Below, piece by piece: positions 28,179 through 37,420 of a DNA stretch of 64,000 nt. This stretch comes from an uncultured candidate division Zixibacteria bacterium (GTDB lineage Bacteria; Zixibacteria; MSB-5A5; UBA10806). How positions within the stretch are numbered: the stretch's first letter is position 1; each line of letters opens with the position of its first letter. Both the position numbers and the translations under genes were made by a program. The stretch lies in assembly GCA_963801605.1 (NCBI GenBank), contig CAWDFP010000005.1, positions 1 through 64,000 on the forward strand, given 5' to 3'. The notes under the pieces were generated by a model. The model made no database searches. It had not been told where the DNA came from and worked only from the letters and a program-made list of their open reading frames with translations.

Positions 28179-28484
28179 CTGAGCCAGCAGGAAAATAGAC
28201 AAGATAGCGATCGATTGGAGTTGGTGAGAACACATGTCGCCAGCGGCTTTTACAATCGACGGGATATAGTCGAGGCTACTGCCAGCGCCATAATCCGCAG
28301 CCAGGCCCTGCATATTATCCTGGATCGCTATGAGTTGGAGCATTCCCTGAAATTCGGACAAAAGTCGCCTGAAGACCCCAAAATTACTGAAATTCGACGA
28401 AAAATCGATGATGGCTTCTATGACGATCCCAACAATCTGGCTGAGTTGGTCGAAAAACTGATAAAAAAGTTCGGAATAGAATAA
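28179..28484 (+). CDS. FlgM-like anti-sigma28 protein with two copies of the C-terminal motif
   Basis: DRLELVRTHVASGFY and PKITEIRRKIDDGFY...LVEKLI both match FlgM KVxxIKxxIxxGxY; AGGGGG RBS before CTG 28179 (TTG 28215 alternative). Confidence 0.6.
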   Translation: MSQQENRQDSDRLELVRTHVASGFYNRRDIVEATASAIIRSQALHIILDRYELEHSLKFGQKSPEDPKITEIRRKIDDGFYDDPNNLAELVEKLIKKFGIE

Positions 28485-28661
28485 ATCCCCGACCCCTAAA
28501 TACTTCAATATTCTTATATTTCCTGCGCGCCGAATTGCTTATTAATACCGCACCTTTTATATTTATCGGGAAATAATTAGTACATTTTTTTGTTATTATC
28601 GTAGATGCAAATAGGCAAAACTATTTTGACAGGCTTCCGTAATTGAATAGAAAGGGAGACT

Positions 28662-29673
28662 ATGACAATATCTGACCTGGAGCATTTTAAGAGCCTGCTG
28701 GAAGAACGCGAGCATAACCTGCTCGAATGGCTACAGCTTCCCGATCCCGCTGCTTCCGATGATATATCCAAGACGCGCGCCCTTTTAGGCGAAATCAAAG
28801 AAGCCTTAAAACGGATCGAGGATCATTCTTATGGCGCCTGTAATGTTTGTAAAGGCAGTATCGAGTTGTACCGTCTCGAAATTCAGCCTGTTACCGAGGT
28901 TTGCCTGAGTTGTATCAGCGATCATGATCGCGTCCAGCTTGAGGAGGAACTCTTTCTGGCCAGCAAAATCCATCGGGCTTTGCTGCCGCAGGCAGTTGAG
29001 AAAATCGATGGTTTCGATATCGCTGTAAGATCGATGGCTTCGCGTATTGTGGGAGGCGATTATTATGATTTTCTGAGATCATCGAATTCAAATCTGATCA
29101 GAATAATTATCGCCGATACTATGGGCAAAGGCCTGCCCGCCGGCCTTCTGATGTCTAATGTTCAGGGAGCGCTTCGGGTACTCGCCGAGGAGTTGACATC
29201 GCCCAAAGATTTAATTTCCAGGCTCAACCAGTGGCTATGCCGCAACGTGCCTGTTACCAAATTTATATCCCTAATTTGCGTCGGGTTGGAAACGAACCAT
29301 GGATCGAGCCTGACTTATACCAATGCCGGTCATTGTCCCGCTATCCTTGTCAGACAAAATGGAAAAATCGAAAGGCTTAATCCTACCGGCGGAGTTATCG
29401 GTGTTCACCAGGGCTTTATCTATGAGGAAAAAAACCTGCCAATTTCATCCGGAGATTTGCTGCTTGCTCTATACGGACGGCATCGTTGAATCTCAATGCG
29501 TGGATGGTGAGATGTTCGGCGATGAGCGCTTGATCGAATATGTCTGCGATCATAAAAACGCCGATGTTAATGAGCTTATCGATGGCCTTATAGGCAATGT
29601 CAAAGTTTTTTCCGCCAATTCCACGTTTGAAGACGATTTAACGGTAATGGCTGTTCGTAAGACTACAATCTAA
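28662..29673 (+). CDS. PP2C/SpoIIE (RsbU-like) phosphatase with N-terminal DksA/TraR C4 zinc finger; indel near 29465
   Basis: YGACNVC...RLE..P....CLSC; VGGDYYD, ADTMGKG, NAGH; LLYTDG and EDDLT continue in the 29323 frame. Confidence 0.88.
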
Positions 29674-29755
29674 AGTAACTTTCGCTGTTGCTGCCTGTGG
29701 ATGATCGTCTGCTACAGGGATTCCCGGATATCCCCTTTCATGCTTGATTTTTCCC

Positions 29756-29784
29756 TTGCCAGCTAAATAGGGGAGGGGTATATT
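29756..29784 (+). promoter_or_regulatory. Sigma70-type promoter for tRNA-Val/thrS
   Basis: TTGCCA-17 nt-TATATT. Confidence 0.6.
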
Positions 29785-29921
29785 AGCACCGGCCAGAAAT
29801 GGCCGTTTAGTAGGCTTATAATTGATTGAAAATGGTGGAATTGGTATCCACGTCCAAGTGTCTTAAACGTAATTGATAGCACCTCATTTTCAAGAGATTA
29901 TAACCGACTAACGTAAGGTAA

Positions 29922-29998
29922 GGGCGATTAGCTCAGTTGGTTAGAGTGCTTGCTTGACATGCAAGAGGTCACTGGTTCAATTCCAGTATCGCCCACCA
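29922..29998 (+). tRNA. tRNA-Val (GAC)
   Basis: GGGCGAT/ATCGCCC acceptor stem, anticodon arm CTTGC-TTGACAT-GCAAG, GGTTCAATT T-loop, encoded CCA. Confidence 0.97.
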
Positions 29999-30042
29999 TT
30001 AATTTGGAAGGAGATAGATTTTTAATTTATTCTTTTAATTGT

Positions 30043-30075
30043 GCGGCTACTCCTTCCGGGTAGTCCGCTTTTTTT
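30043..30075 (+). terminator. Terminator-like hairpin between tRNA-Val and thrS
   Basis: GCGGCTACTC-CTTCC-GGGTAG(T)CCGC + T7. Confidence 0.7.
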
Positions 30076-30082
30076 ATTTATT

Positions 30083-32017
30083 ATGGCAACTGTGAAAATA
30101 AAATTTCCCGATGGCTCCGTAAAGGATTACGAGAGCCCGATAACTCCCGCCCAGATCGCGGCCTCTATATCTCGTTCGCTGGCTGCGAAAGCGTTGGCGG
30201 CCTCGGTCAACGGCAAGGTGGTCGACCTGTCATTTCCCATTACGAATGACGGCGAGATTCGCATTCTGACTTTTGATGATCCCGAAGGCCGTGAAGTATT
30301 CTGGCACTCGTCTGCTCACCTGATGGCCTCCGCTATCATGGAACTGATTCCGGAAACCAGGTTGGCCATTGGGCCATCCATACCCGACGATTTCTCGGCT
30401 CGATTCTATTATGATCTCGATATTCCCCGCAAGCTGACCGATGCCGATCTTGAGAAGATTGAAAAAAAGATGCTCGAGATTGCCGCCAAAGATTTTCCCT
30501 TTCAAAGGCGTGAGGCCAATCGGTTGGACGCTCTAAAAGAGTTCCGGAGCGAGGGCGATATCTATAAGGCCGAGATGGCCTCCGAAATGACCGATGACAC
30601 CGTCAGTTTCTATACTCACGGCAATTTTACCGATATGTGTCGCGGCCCGCACCTGCCATCGACTGCCCCAATTAAAGCCGTCAAGCTGCTCTCTGTGGCC
30701 GGCGCTTATTGGCGCGGTGACGAGCGCAATAAAATGCTTCAGCGTATCTACGGAATCACTTTCCCCGATAAAAAGATGCTGGACGAGCACCTGCATAAAA
30801 TCGAGGAAGCTAAGAAACGCGATCACCGCTTTTTGGGACGGGACCTCGATCTATTCTCTATCGTTGACGAAGTCGGCGCCGGACTGGTGCTCTGGCATCC
30901 GCGTGGCGCCTTAATAAGGCATCTCATCGAAAGGTTCTGGAAAGATGAGCACTTCAAAAACGGCTACGATCTCGTTTACTCACCTCACGTAGCCAAGCTC
31001 GATCTCTGGAATACCTCAGGCCATACCGGATTCTATTCGGAAAATATGTATCAACCGATGCCGGTAGAAAATGTTGAATACGAAATTAAGCCGATGAACT
31101 GCCCGTTCCATATTCAGATGTACAAAGCGCATACCAGAAGCTATCGCGATTTGCCGTTTCGCTGGGCCGAGCTTGGCACCGTCTACCGCTATGAGCGCTC
31201 AGGAGTTTTGCACGGCTTGATGAGAGTCCGTGGCTTTACTCAGGATGATGCTCATATCTTTTGCCGTCCGGATCAATTAACCGATGAGCTTGTCAGGACC
31301 ATCAATTTTAATCTCTTCTTCCTGAAAACTTTCGGTTTTAAGGATTACGACGTATTCCTTTCCACTCGGCCGGATAAATTCGTAGGTACTCCCGAGGGTT
31401 GGGAGATTGCCACCGCCGCTTTGAAAACTGCCCTTGAAACCGCCAAACTCGAATACCAGGTCGATCCCGGCGAAGGCGTTTTTTACGGACCTAAAATCGA
31501 TATTAAAATTAAGGATAATCTGGGACGTTCCTGGCAATGCACTACTATCCAGGTGGACTTCAATCTTCCGGAACGGTTCGACATGGAATACAGCGCCGAG
31601 GATGGTACCCGGCAGCAGCCGATTATGATTCATCGGGCCTTGCTTGGCTCTATGGAACGCTTTTTCGGAATCCTGATAGAACAATACGCCGGTAATTTCC
31701 CGGTTTGGCTGGCGCCGGAACAAATTCGTATTCTGCCGGTCACCGATGACTGGAATGCTTATGCCAAAGAGCTAAGTGCCAAATTTCTGGCCGCTGACCT
31801 GAGAGTTAGCGTGGATGAATCGAGCGAGAAAATCGGCAAAAAGATTCGCAACGCCGAAAATATGAAAGTTCCTTACATGGCTGTTGTCGGAAAGGCCGAG
31901 GCTGAAACCGGCGAACTCTCGCTTCGCAAGCACAAGATCGGTGATTTGGGCAAAATGCCGGCGGCGGCGGTAATCGAACGTCTTAAAGCCGAGGAAACTC
32001 AAAAGGCGCTTGATTGA
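30083..32017 (+). CDS. thrS: Threonine--tRNA ligase
   Basis: TGS domain, HSSAHL, DMCRGPH, RDHR, KPMNCP, RVRGFTQDDAHIF, FYGPKID, HRA. Confidence 0.97.
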   Translation: MATVKIKFPDGSVKDYESPITPAQIAASISRSLAAKALAASVNGKVVDLSFPITNDGEIRILTFDDPEGREVFWHSSAHLMASAIMELIPETRLAIGPSIPDDFSARFYYDLDIPRKLTDADLEKIEKKMLEIAAKDFPFQRREANRLDALKEFRSEGDIYKAEMASEMTDDTVSFYTHGNFTDMCRGPHLPSTAPIKAVKLLSVAGAYWRGDERNKMLQRIYGITFPDKKMLDEHLHKIEEAKKRDHRFLGRDLDLFSIVDEVGAGLVLWHPRGALIRHLIERFWKDEHFKNGYDLVYSPHVAKLDLWNTSGHTGFYSENMYQPMPVENVEYEIKPMNCPFHIQMYKAHTRSYRDLPFRWAELGTVYRYERSGVLHGLMRVRGFTQDDAHIFCRPDQLTDELVRTINFNLFFLKTFGFKDYDVFLSTRPDKFVGTPEGWEIATAALKTALETAKLEYQVDPGEGVFYGPKIDIKIKDNLGRSWQCTTIQVDFNLPERFDMEYSAEDGTRQQPIMIHRALLGSMERFFGILIEQYAGNFPVWLAPEQIRILPVTDDWNAYAKELSAKFLAADLRVSVDESSEKIGKKIRNAENMKVPYMAVVGKAEAETGELSLRKHKIGDLGKMPAAAVIERLKAEETQKALD

Positions 32018-32114
32018 GTTACTTTCAACGATTGCTTATGATCTTTTAAATAATATGATTTAGGATTACTCGATTATTTTGGAGTAATTAACTTTTTTTA
32101 ATGGAGGTATTCAC

Positions 32115-32633
32115 ATAGCTTACGAACCCAGCGTCAGAACAAATCGCGGGATCAGGGTACCTGAGGTCAGGCTGATCGACGAAACCGGCTCGCAGATTGG
32201 AGTTGTTCCAACCCAGCAAGCCCTTGAAATTGCCGCCAGCAGAGGTTTGGATCTCGTGGAAGTTGCTGCCAACGTCAGGCCGCCTGTCTGTCGCATCATG
32301 GATTACGGGAAATATCTGTACGAGCAGTCTAAGAAGGACAAAGCGGCCAAGAAAAAACAGCACACCGTGCAGTTGAAAGAAATCCGCTTCCGGCCCAAGA
32401 CCGAGGAACATGACTACCAGTTTAAGCTCAAGCATATCAGGGGCTTTCTGGGAGAGGGTTTCCGGGTAAAGACCTCGGTTGTTTTCCGCGGACGGGAACT
32501 GGTTCACAAGGAACTTGGCCACAAGATTATCGACCGCCTGGTAATCGACCTGGCCGATATGGCCGAACTGGAAAGCCCCTCCAAGCTCGAGGGACGCAAT
32601 CTGTCGGCCATGTTTCTCTTGAAAAAGAAATAG
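32115..32633 (+). CDS. infC: Translation initiation factor IF-3, non-AUG (ATA) start
   Basis: GGAGG RBS 7 nt before in-frame ATA 32115; RTNRGIRVPEVRLID..., DLVEVA..PPVCRIMDYGK, KEIRFRP. Confidence 0.93.
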   Translation: MAYEPSVRTNRGIRVPEVRLIDETGSQIGVVPTQQALEIAASRGLDLVEVAANVRPPVCRIMDYGKYLYEQSKKDKAAKKKQHTVQLKEIRFRPKTEEHDYQFKLKHIRGFLGEGFRVKTSVVFRGRELVHKELGHKIIDRLVIDLADMAELESPSKLEGRNLSAMFLLKKK

Positions 32634-32678
32634 CCCTTCCCGGACAGCCCGGTAACCGTTAAGAGAACGTTTAATGAA

Positions 32679-32707
32679 TTGACATAAATTTCTGTTGTCA
32701 TTATATT
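32679..32707 (+). promoter_or_regulatory. Sigma70-type promoter of rpmI-rplT
   Basis: TTGACA-17 nt-TATATT. Confidence 0.72.
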
Positions 32708-32743
32708 TATTTAGAATTATATTAGGCGACTAAAGGAGATTTA

Positions 32744-32938
32744 ATGCCTAAGATAAAAACAAATCGCTCAGCTGCCAAAAGGTTCAGGAAAACTGGCACC
32801 GGCAAAATCAAAAGAATGAAACCCAACGCCAGCCACATTCTGACCAAAAAGACGACCAAGCGAAAAAGACACCTTCGCAAGTCCATCCTGGTTAATCCCA
32901 GCGATGTGAAACGTGTGGAGAAGATGCTACCCTATTAG
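32744..32938 (+). CDS. rpmI: 50S ribosomal protein L35
   Basis: [25 protein letters not shown]. Confidence 0.97.
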   Translation: MPKIKTNRSAAKRFRKTGTGKIKRMKPNASHILTKKTTKRKRHLRKSILVNPSDVKRVEKMLPY

Positions 32939-32963
32939 CTTAATCGAATTGATGGAGTAAAAA

Positions 32964-33314
32964 ATGCCAAGGGCAACAAACAACGTAGCGGCGCATCGCA
33001 GACATAAAAAGGTACTCAAGGCTGCCGAGGGTAATTTCGGCGGACGAAGCAAACTGTACCGCACTGCCAAAGAGACGGTCCAGAAGGGCCTCATGTATTC
33101 CTGGATCGACCGTCGCCGCAAAAAAAGAGATTTCCGACGACTGTGGATTGCCCGCATCAACGCCGCCGCCCGTCTCAATGGCCTCAGCTATTCGAGATTT
33201 ATCGACGGTTTGAATAAAGCGGGAATTATCTTTAACAGGAAATATTTGGCTGATATAGCCGTCACTGATAGCGCCGCATTCACCAAACTGGCCGAGCTGG
33301 CCAGGAGCGGGTGA
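32964..33314 (+). CDS. rplT: 50S ribosomal protein L20
   Basis: [31 protein letters not shown]. Confidence 0.97.
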   Translation: MPRATNNVAAHRRHKKVLKAAEGNFGGRSKLYRTAKETVQKGLMYSWIDRRRKKRDFRRLWIARINAAARLNGLSYSRFIDGLNKAGIIFNRKYLADIAVTDSAAFTKLAELARSG

Positions 33315-33354
33315 TTTCGCGTATTGTGCGGCGTGAAACACCTATAAAATACCT

Positions 33355-33385
33355 GGCGGGCTTTTGGTTCAAGAAGCCCGTCTTT
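33355..33385 (+). terminator. Hairpin between rplT and pheS
   Basis: GGCGGGCTT...AAGCCCGTC followed by TTT. Confidence 0.55.
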
Positions 33386-33390
33386 AAATT

Positions 33391-34417
33391 ATGAGCGAAT
33401 TTCTTAGATCAATCTTGATAATCTCTATGAATGAAGCCGCCTCGGCTGCTAACGAAGCGCTCCGGATAACGGCTACTCTTGAGGCTATCACTAATACCTA
33501 TTTGGGACGTAAGGGAAAATTGGCCGAGTTATCCCGTCAAATGGGCAGCCTCGATAACGATACCCGACCGAAGGCCGGGGCGCCGGCTGAATGAAATCAG
33601 AAAAAATCTGACTGAAATAATCGAAAGCAAAACCGCCTCTTTCGCCCAAAATTGTAAATGCGGCCCATTCGTTTGATTACACTCTGCCCGGCCGTCGTTC
33701 CTATGTGGGACGAAAACATCCGCTGCTGCAGACCGTCGATCTGATTGTCAGCATTTTCCGGGGGATGGGCTTTGCGGTGGCCAGCGGACCGGATATCGAA
33801 ACTGATTTTTATAATTTTGATGCCTTAAATACGCCCGATGATCATCCGGCGCGCGATCTTTCAGATACCTTCTATATCGACAAGGGAATTCTCCTTCGCA
33901 CCCACACTTCGCCGGTGCAGATTCGTACCATGCAATCCCAAAAGCCGCCGGTGCGGATTATCGCCCCCGGCCGATGCTACCGTTCCGATGCCCCTGATGC
34001 CTCGCATTCGCCGGTCTTCTACCAGTGCGAGGGGCTTTATGTCGATGAGACATGTCACCTTCGCCGATCTAAAAGGGGTCATTACTGCTTTTGCGCAGAG
34101 AGCTGTTCGGCTCCGATATCAAAGTTCGTTTCCGTCCGCATTTTTTTCCTTTCACTGAACCATCGGCGGAATATGATTTCTCCTGTGTTCTCTGCGGCGG
34201 AAAGGGATGTCGGGTCTGCAAATATTCCGGCTGGCTGGAAATCTCCGGGGCCGGTATGGTTGATCCCGAAGTTTTCAAAGCTGTCGGTTACGATTCCGAA
34301 AAATATACCGGCTACGCTTTCGGAATGGGTGTGGATAGAATCACTATGCTTCGTTATGGCATAAATGATATCAGACTTCTTTATGATAACGACGTTCGCT
34401 TCTTAAGGCAATTCTAA
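33391..34417 (+). CDS. pheS: Phenylalanine--tRNA ligase alpha subunit (several apparent indels)
   Basis: [50 protein letters not shown]-like motif, spread over several frames. Confidence 0.93.
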
Positions 34418-36811
34418 TGAAAATATCGCTTAACCTGCTGCGAACATTAATAGATTGCGATTGGTCGGCCGAAAAGATTGCCGAACGCTTGACATTATCC
34501 GGCAGCGAGGTCGAAGCGATTGAAGCAAAGGCGCCGAGATATTCGGGAGTCATATCGGCTAAGGTTCTTTCGGTCGATAGCGTTAAGGGCTCCGATAAGC
34601 TTTCAGTCTGCCAGATTGATACCGGTAGCGAGCATGCTTCAGGTAATCTGCGGCGCTCCCAATGTGGCGCCAGGGCAGGCAGTTCTATTTGCGCCAGTCG
34701 GCGCTAAACTTCCCGGTGGAGTGAAAATCGAGAAAGCTACAATTCACGGAGTGGAATCTTACGGCATGATTCTCTCCGAAGCCGAGCTTGAACTGACCCC
34801 GGAAGCCGATATCATTTCAGTCCTGTCGTCAGATATCAAGCCAGGCACTCCTCTTGAAAAAATTGTAAATTATAAAGATACAATCTTTGAACTTGAAATT
34901 ACTCCCAATCGTCCTGACTGTCTTTCGCATCTCGGAATTGCCCGCGAGTTACAGGCCCTGGGCGGCGGACGATACCATTCGCCTGATGTTAAGCTTTCTG
35001 AAATCTCTGAGTTGGCCTCTAATGCTGTTAAGATAGAGATCGCCGATCCTCAAGGTTGCCCGCGATATACCGGACGGGTATTGCATAATGTCAAAATCGG
35101 GCCATCACCGCTCTGGCTTAAGATGATGGTTTCATATCTCGGCATGCGGCCTATAAATAATGTAGTTGATATTACCAATTTTGTCATGATGGAACTTGGG
35201 CAGCCACTGCATGCTTTCGATTTCGATTTATTTCAAAAACCGGAGGTTCTGGTTCGTCGTGCCAGGAGGGCGAGAGCTTTACTACCCTCGATAATGCTAA
35301 GCGAACCCTTAACGATAAGCATCTGCTAATTACCGATGGCGTCGAACCGGTCGCTATCGCCGGTATTATGGGCGGACTCAAATCCGAGGTTTCTGAGAAA
35401 ACCTCAAAAGTGCTTTTGGAATCGGCTTATTTCGATCCCATCGCTATTCGCCGCGGCTCCAAAGCACTGGGACTTTCGACTGAATCATCGCGACGTTTTG
35501 AGCGTGGGGCCGACCCAAATATCGCCCCGGTCGCCAACGACCGCGCCTGCCAAGCTTATTTCCGAAATTGCAGGAGGCTCAATTCTTAAAGGAATGGTTG
35601 ATGCTCATCCCAAGCCCTTTGTGCCGGTGCAAAATCGAGCTTCGGCCTTCGCGGGTGGAGCATCTACTTGGCGCCAAAATTGATAAAAGCAAAATCTGTC
35701 AAATTTTGGGTGATTTGGAAATCTGGCATACAGCCGATGGTAATATTATCGCCGACCAGCCCAGTTTCCGCCCCGATCTGGTGCGCGAAGTCGATCTCAT
35801 AGAAGAAATCGCCCGCGTGTATGGATTTGATAATATCCCTCCGATTTTCCAGCCCGGAGGCACTCTGGCTACTCCCATGACCCGTCAGGAGAGGCTTACG
35901 CGACAAAATCCGCTCATTTTTGGTCGGTGCGGGCGCCAACGAGATATTCCCCTTAACTCTGGGAGACTTAAAGTTGGCCGAAAAGCTGGGTATCCTTGGA
36001 TGAATCCGTCAAACTCCTTAACCCCATTTCAGAGGAGATGGGGGTGGCCCGTCCCAATCTGATATTGACCTTGCTGTCCTGTTATTCGCCGCAATCTGGG
36101 ATTCAGGGAGACAAATCTTACTCTGTTTGAGATCGGAAATGTCTTTCATTCGACCGGTTAGGGGAAATTGCCGACCCAATCAACCCATCTGATTCTAGCT
36201 ATCACGGGCATGGAACTCCCTGTTTATTGGGGTGAGCGTTGGCGCAAAGCCAGGGACCTCTTTTCGCTAAAGGGGATGCTGGAGGACCTCGCCGATTACT
36301 TGCAGGTCAGGGCCCCTAACAATAAATCCTGCCCCACATTTCGCATTTGATAAAGAGTACTCTTTTGAAGTATATTTCGGTAAGACGAAGCTGGGATATA
36401 TGGGCAAGCTATCCGATCAAGCCTCGGACATTGCCGATATTAAGTTGCCCGTATTTATCGCCGAGCTAAATTTTGAGGAGTTGATGGTAAGCCGTGCCGA
36501 AGGCGATTGCCGCCAAAGAGCTGGCCAGATTTCCATCGGCTGACAGAGATATCGCGATTGTGGTTGATGATGCTGTCATGGCCCGCGATATCGAAGAGGA
36601 GATTAAAAAGGCAGGATCCGGATTGGTGGATGAGGTTTGGATTTTCGATCTCTTCCGCGGTAAAAATATACCATCCGGCAAGAAGAGCCTGGCTTTTGGT
36701 ATAAAGTACAGGCTTCCCGATCGGACTCTAACCGATGAGGAAGTCAATCAGGCCCAGGCCGGAATAATAACGGCCCTTGAAAATCGATTCGGGGCGCAGT
36801 TGAGAAAATAA
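34417..36811 (+). CDS. pheT: Phenylalanine--tRNA ligase beta subunit (many apparent indels)
   Basis: ICGAPNV, EITPNRPDCLS, INNVVDITN, LLESAYF, SRRFERG, RPDL..EVDLIEEIAR, FP...RDIA, spread over many frames. Confidence 0.93.
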
Positions 36812-37083
36812 TGGATTCCGAAATAATTAAAGACTTAGAGAAAAACATCAGGCACGCCGTTAAAGTAATTGCGAGCCTGAAAGATGAAAAGTTAAATATT
36901 GAAAGGGAGAACGAATCTTTGAGACACCAGGTCGAGTTGCTTCGGAAGCAGGTTGAGGAGCAGCAAAAAGCCCTCGCCAAAGCCGAAGCGTCCCATCATC
37001 GGAACATCGACAACCAGGAGATCAAGGTTCGCCTTGAAAAGCTGGTTGGAAAACTGGCCGCTCTCGAAGACAGTTGGAATTAA
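36811..37083 (+). CDS. ZapB-like coiled-coil cell division protein
   Basis: Coiled coil LEKNIRHAV..I..LK.E; position between pheT and zapA. Confidence 0.65.
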   Translation: MDSEIIKDLEKNIRHAVKVIASLKDEKLNIERENESLRHQVELLRKQVEEQQKALAKAEASHHRNIDNQEIKVRLEKLVGKLAALEDSWN

Positions 37084-37103
37084 ATATATAGCGGACGCTA
37101 AAG

Positions 37104-37384
37104 ATGGAGAAAAATCGAGTAATAGTAACGATTTTTGGCAAGGAATACAGCCTTGTTTCAGAAGTCGATCCTGAACTATATAATGAAGACCGCCAGTTAC
37201 CTGGACTCCAAGATGAGGGAGGTTTCCGAAAACTATCCCACATATCCCGGAGGCCCGAGTGGCTGTTTTGGCGGCTCTGAATATCGTTGATGAATTGTTT
37301 CACAACCGGGACTCCATGGCGAGTCTGCCCGAGCAGGAACAATGCCTCCGCGATCTTACTCGAATGCTCTCCGAAGTTCTGTAA
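37104..37384 (+). CDS. zapA: Cell division protein ZapA (apparent indels; missed by ORF track)
   Basis: Manual translation across frames: MEKNRVIVTIFGKEYSL...ASYLDSKMREV...RVAVLAALNIVDELF. Confidence 0.85.
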
Positions 37385-37420
37385 TTTTTAATAAAAGCGT
37401 CCGCCCCAATCGGAGGAACT

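Noticed and set aside
30000..30082. T-box riboswitch before thrS
   Set aside because: No GGTGGNACCGCG T-box motif and the leader is too short for stem I.
33391..37384. pheS, pheT and zapA as pseudogenes or programmed-frameshift genes
   Set aside because: pheST are essential and all motifs survive across frames. The dense, scattered single-base indels fit low-coverage or long-read consensus error; read-level polishing would settle it.
37385..37420. 6S RNA expected after zapA
   Set aside because: Only 36 nt separate zapA and rny, too short for ssrS.
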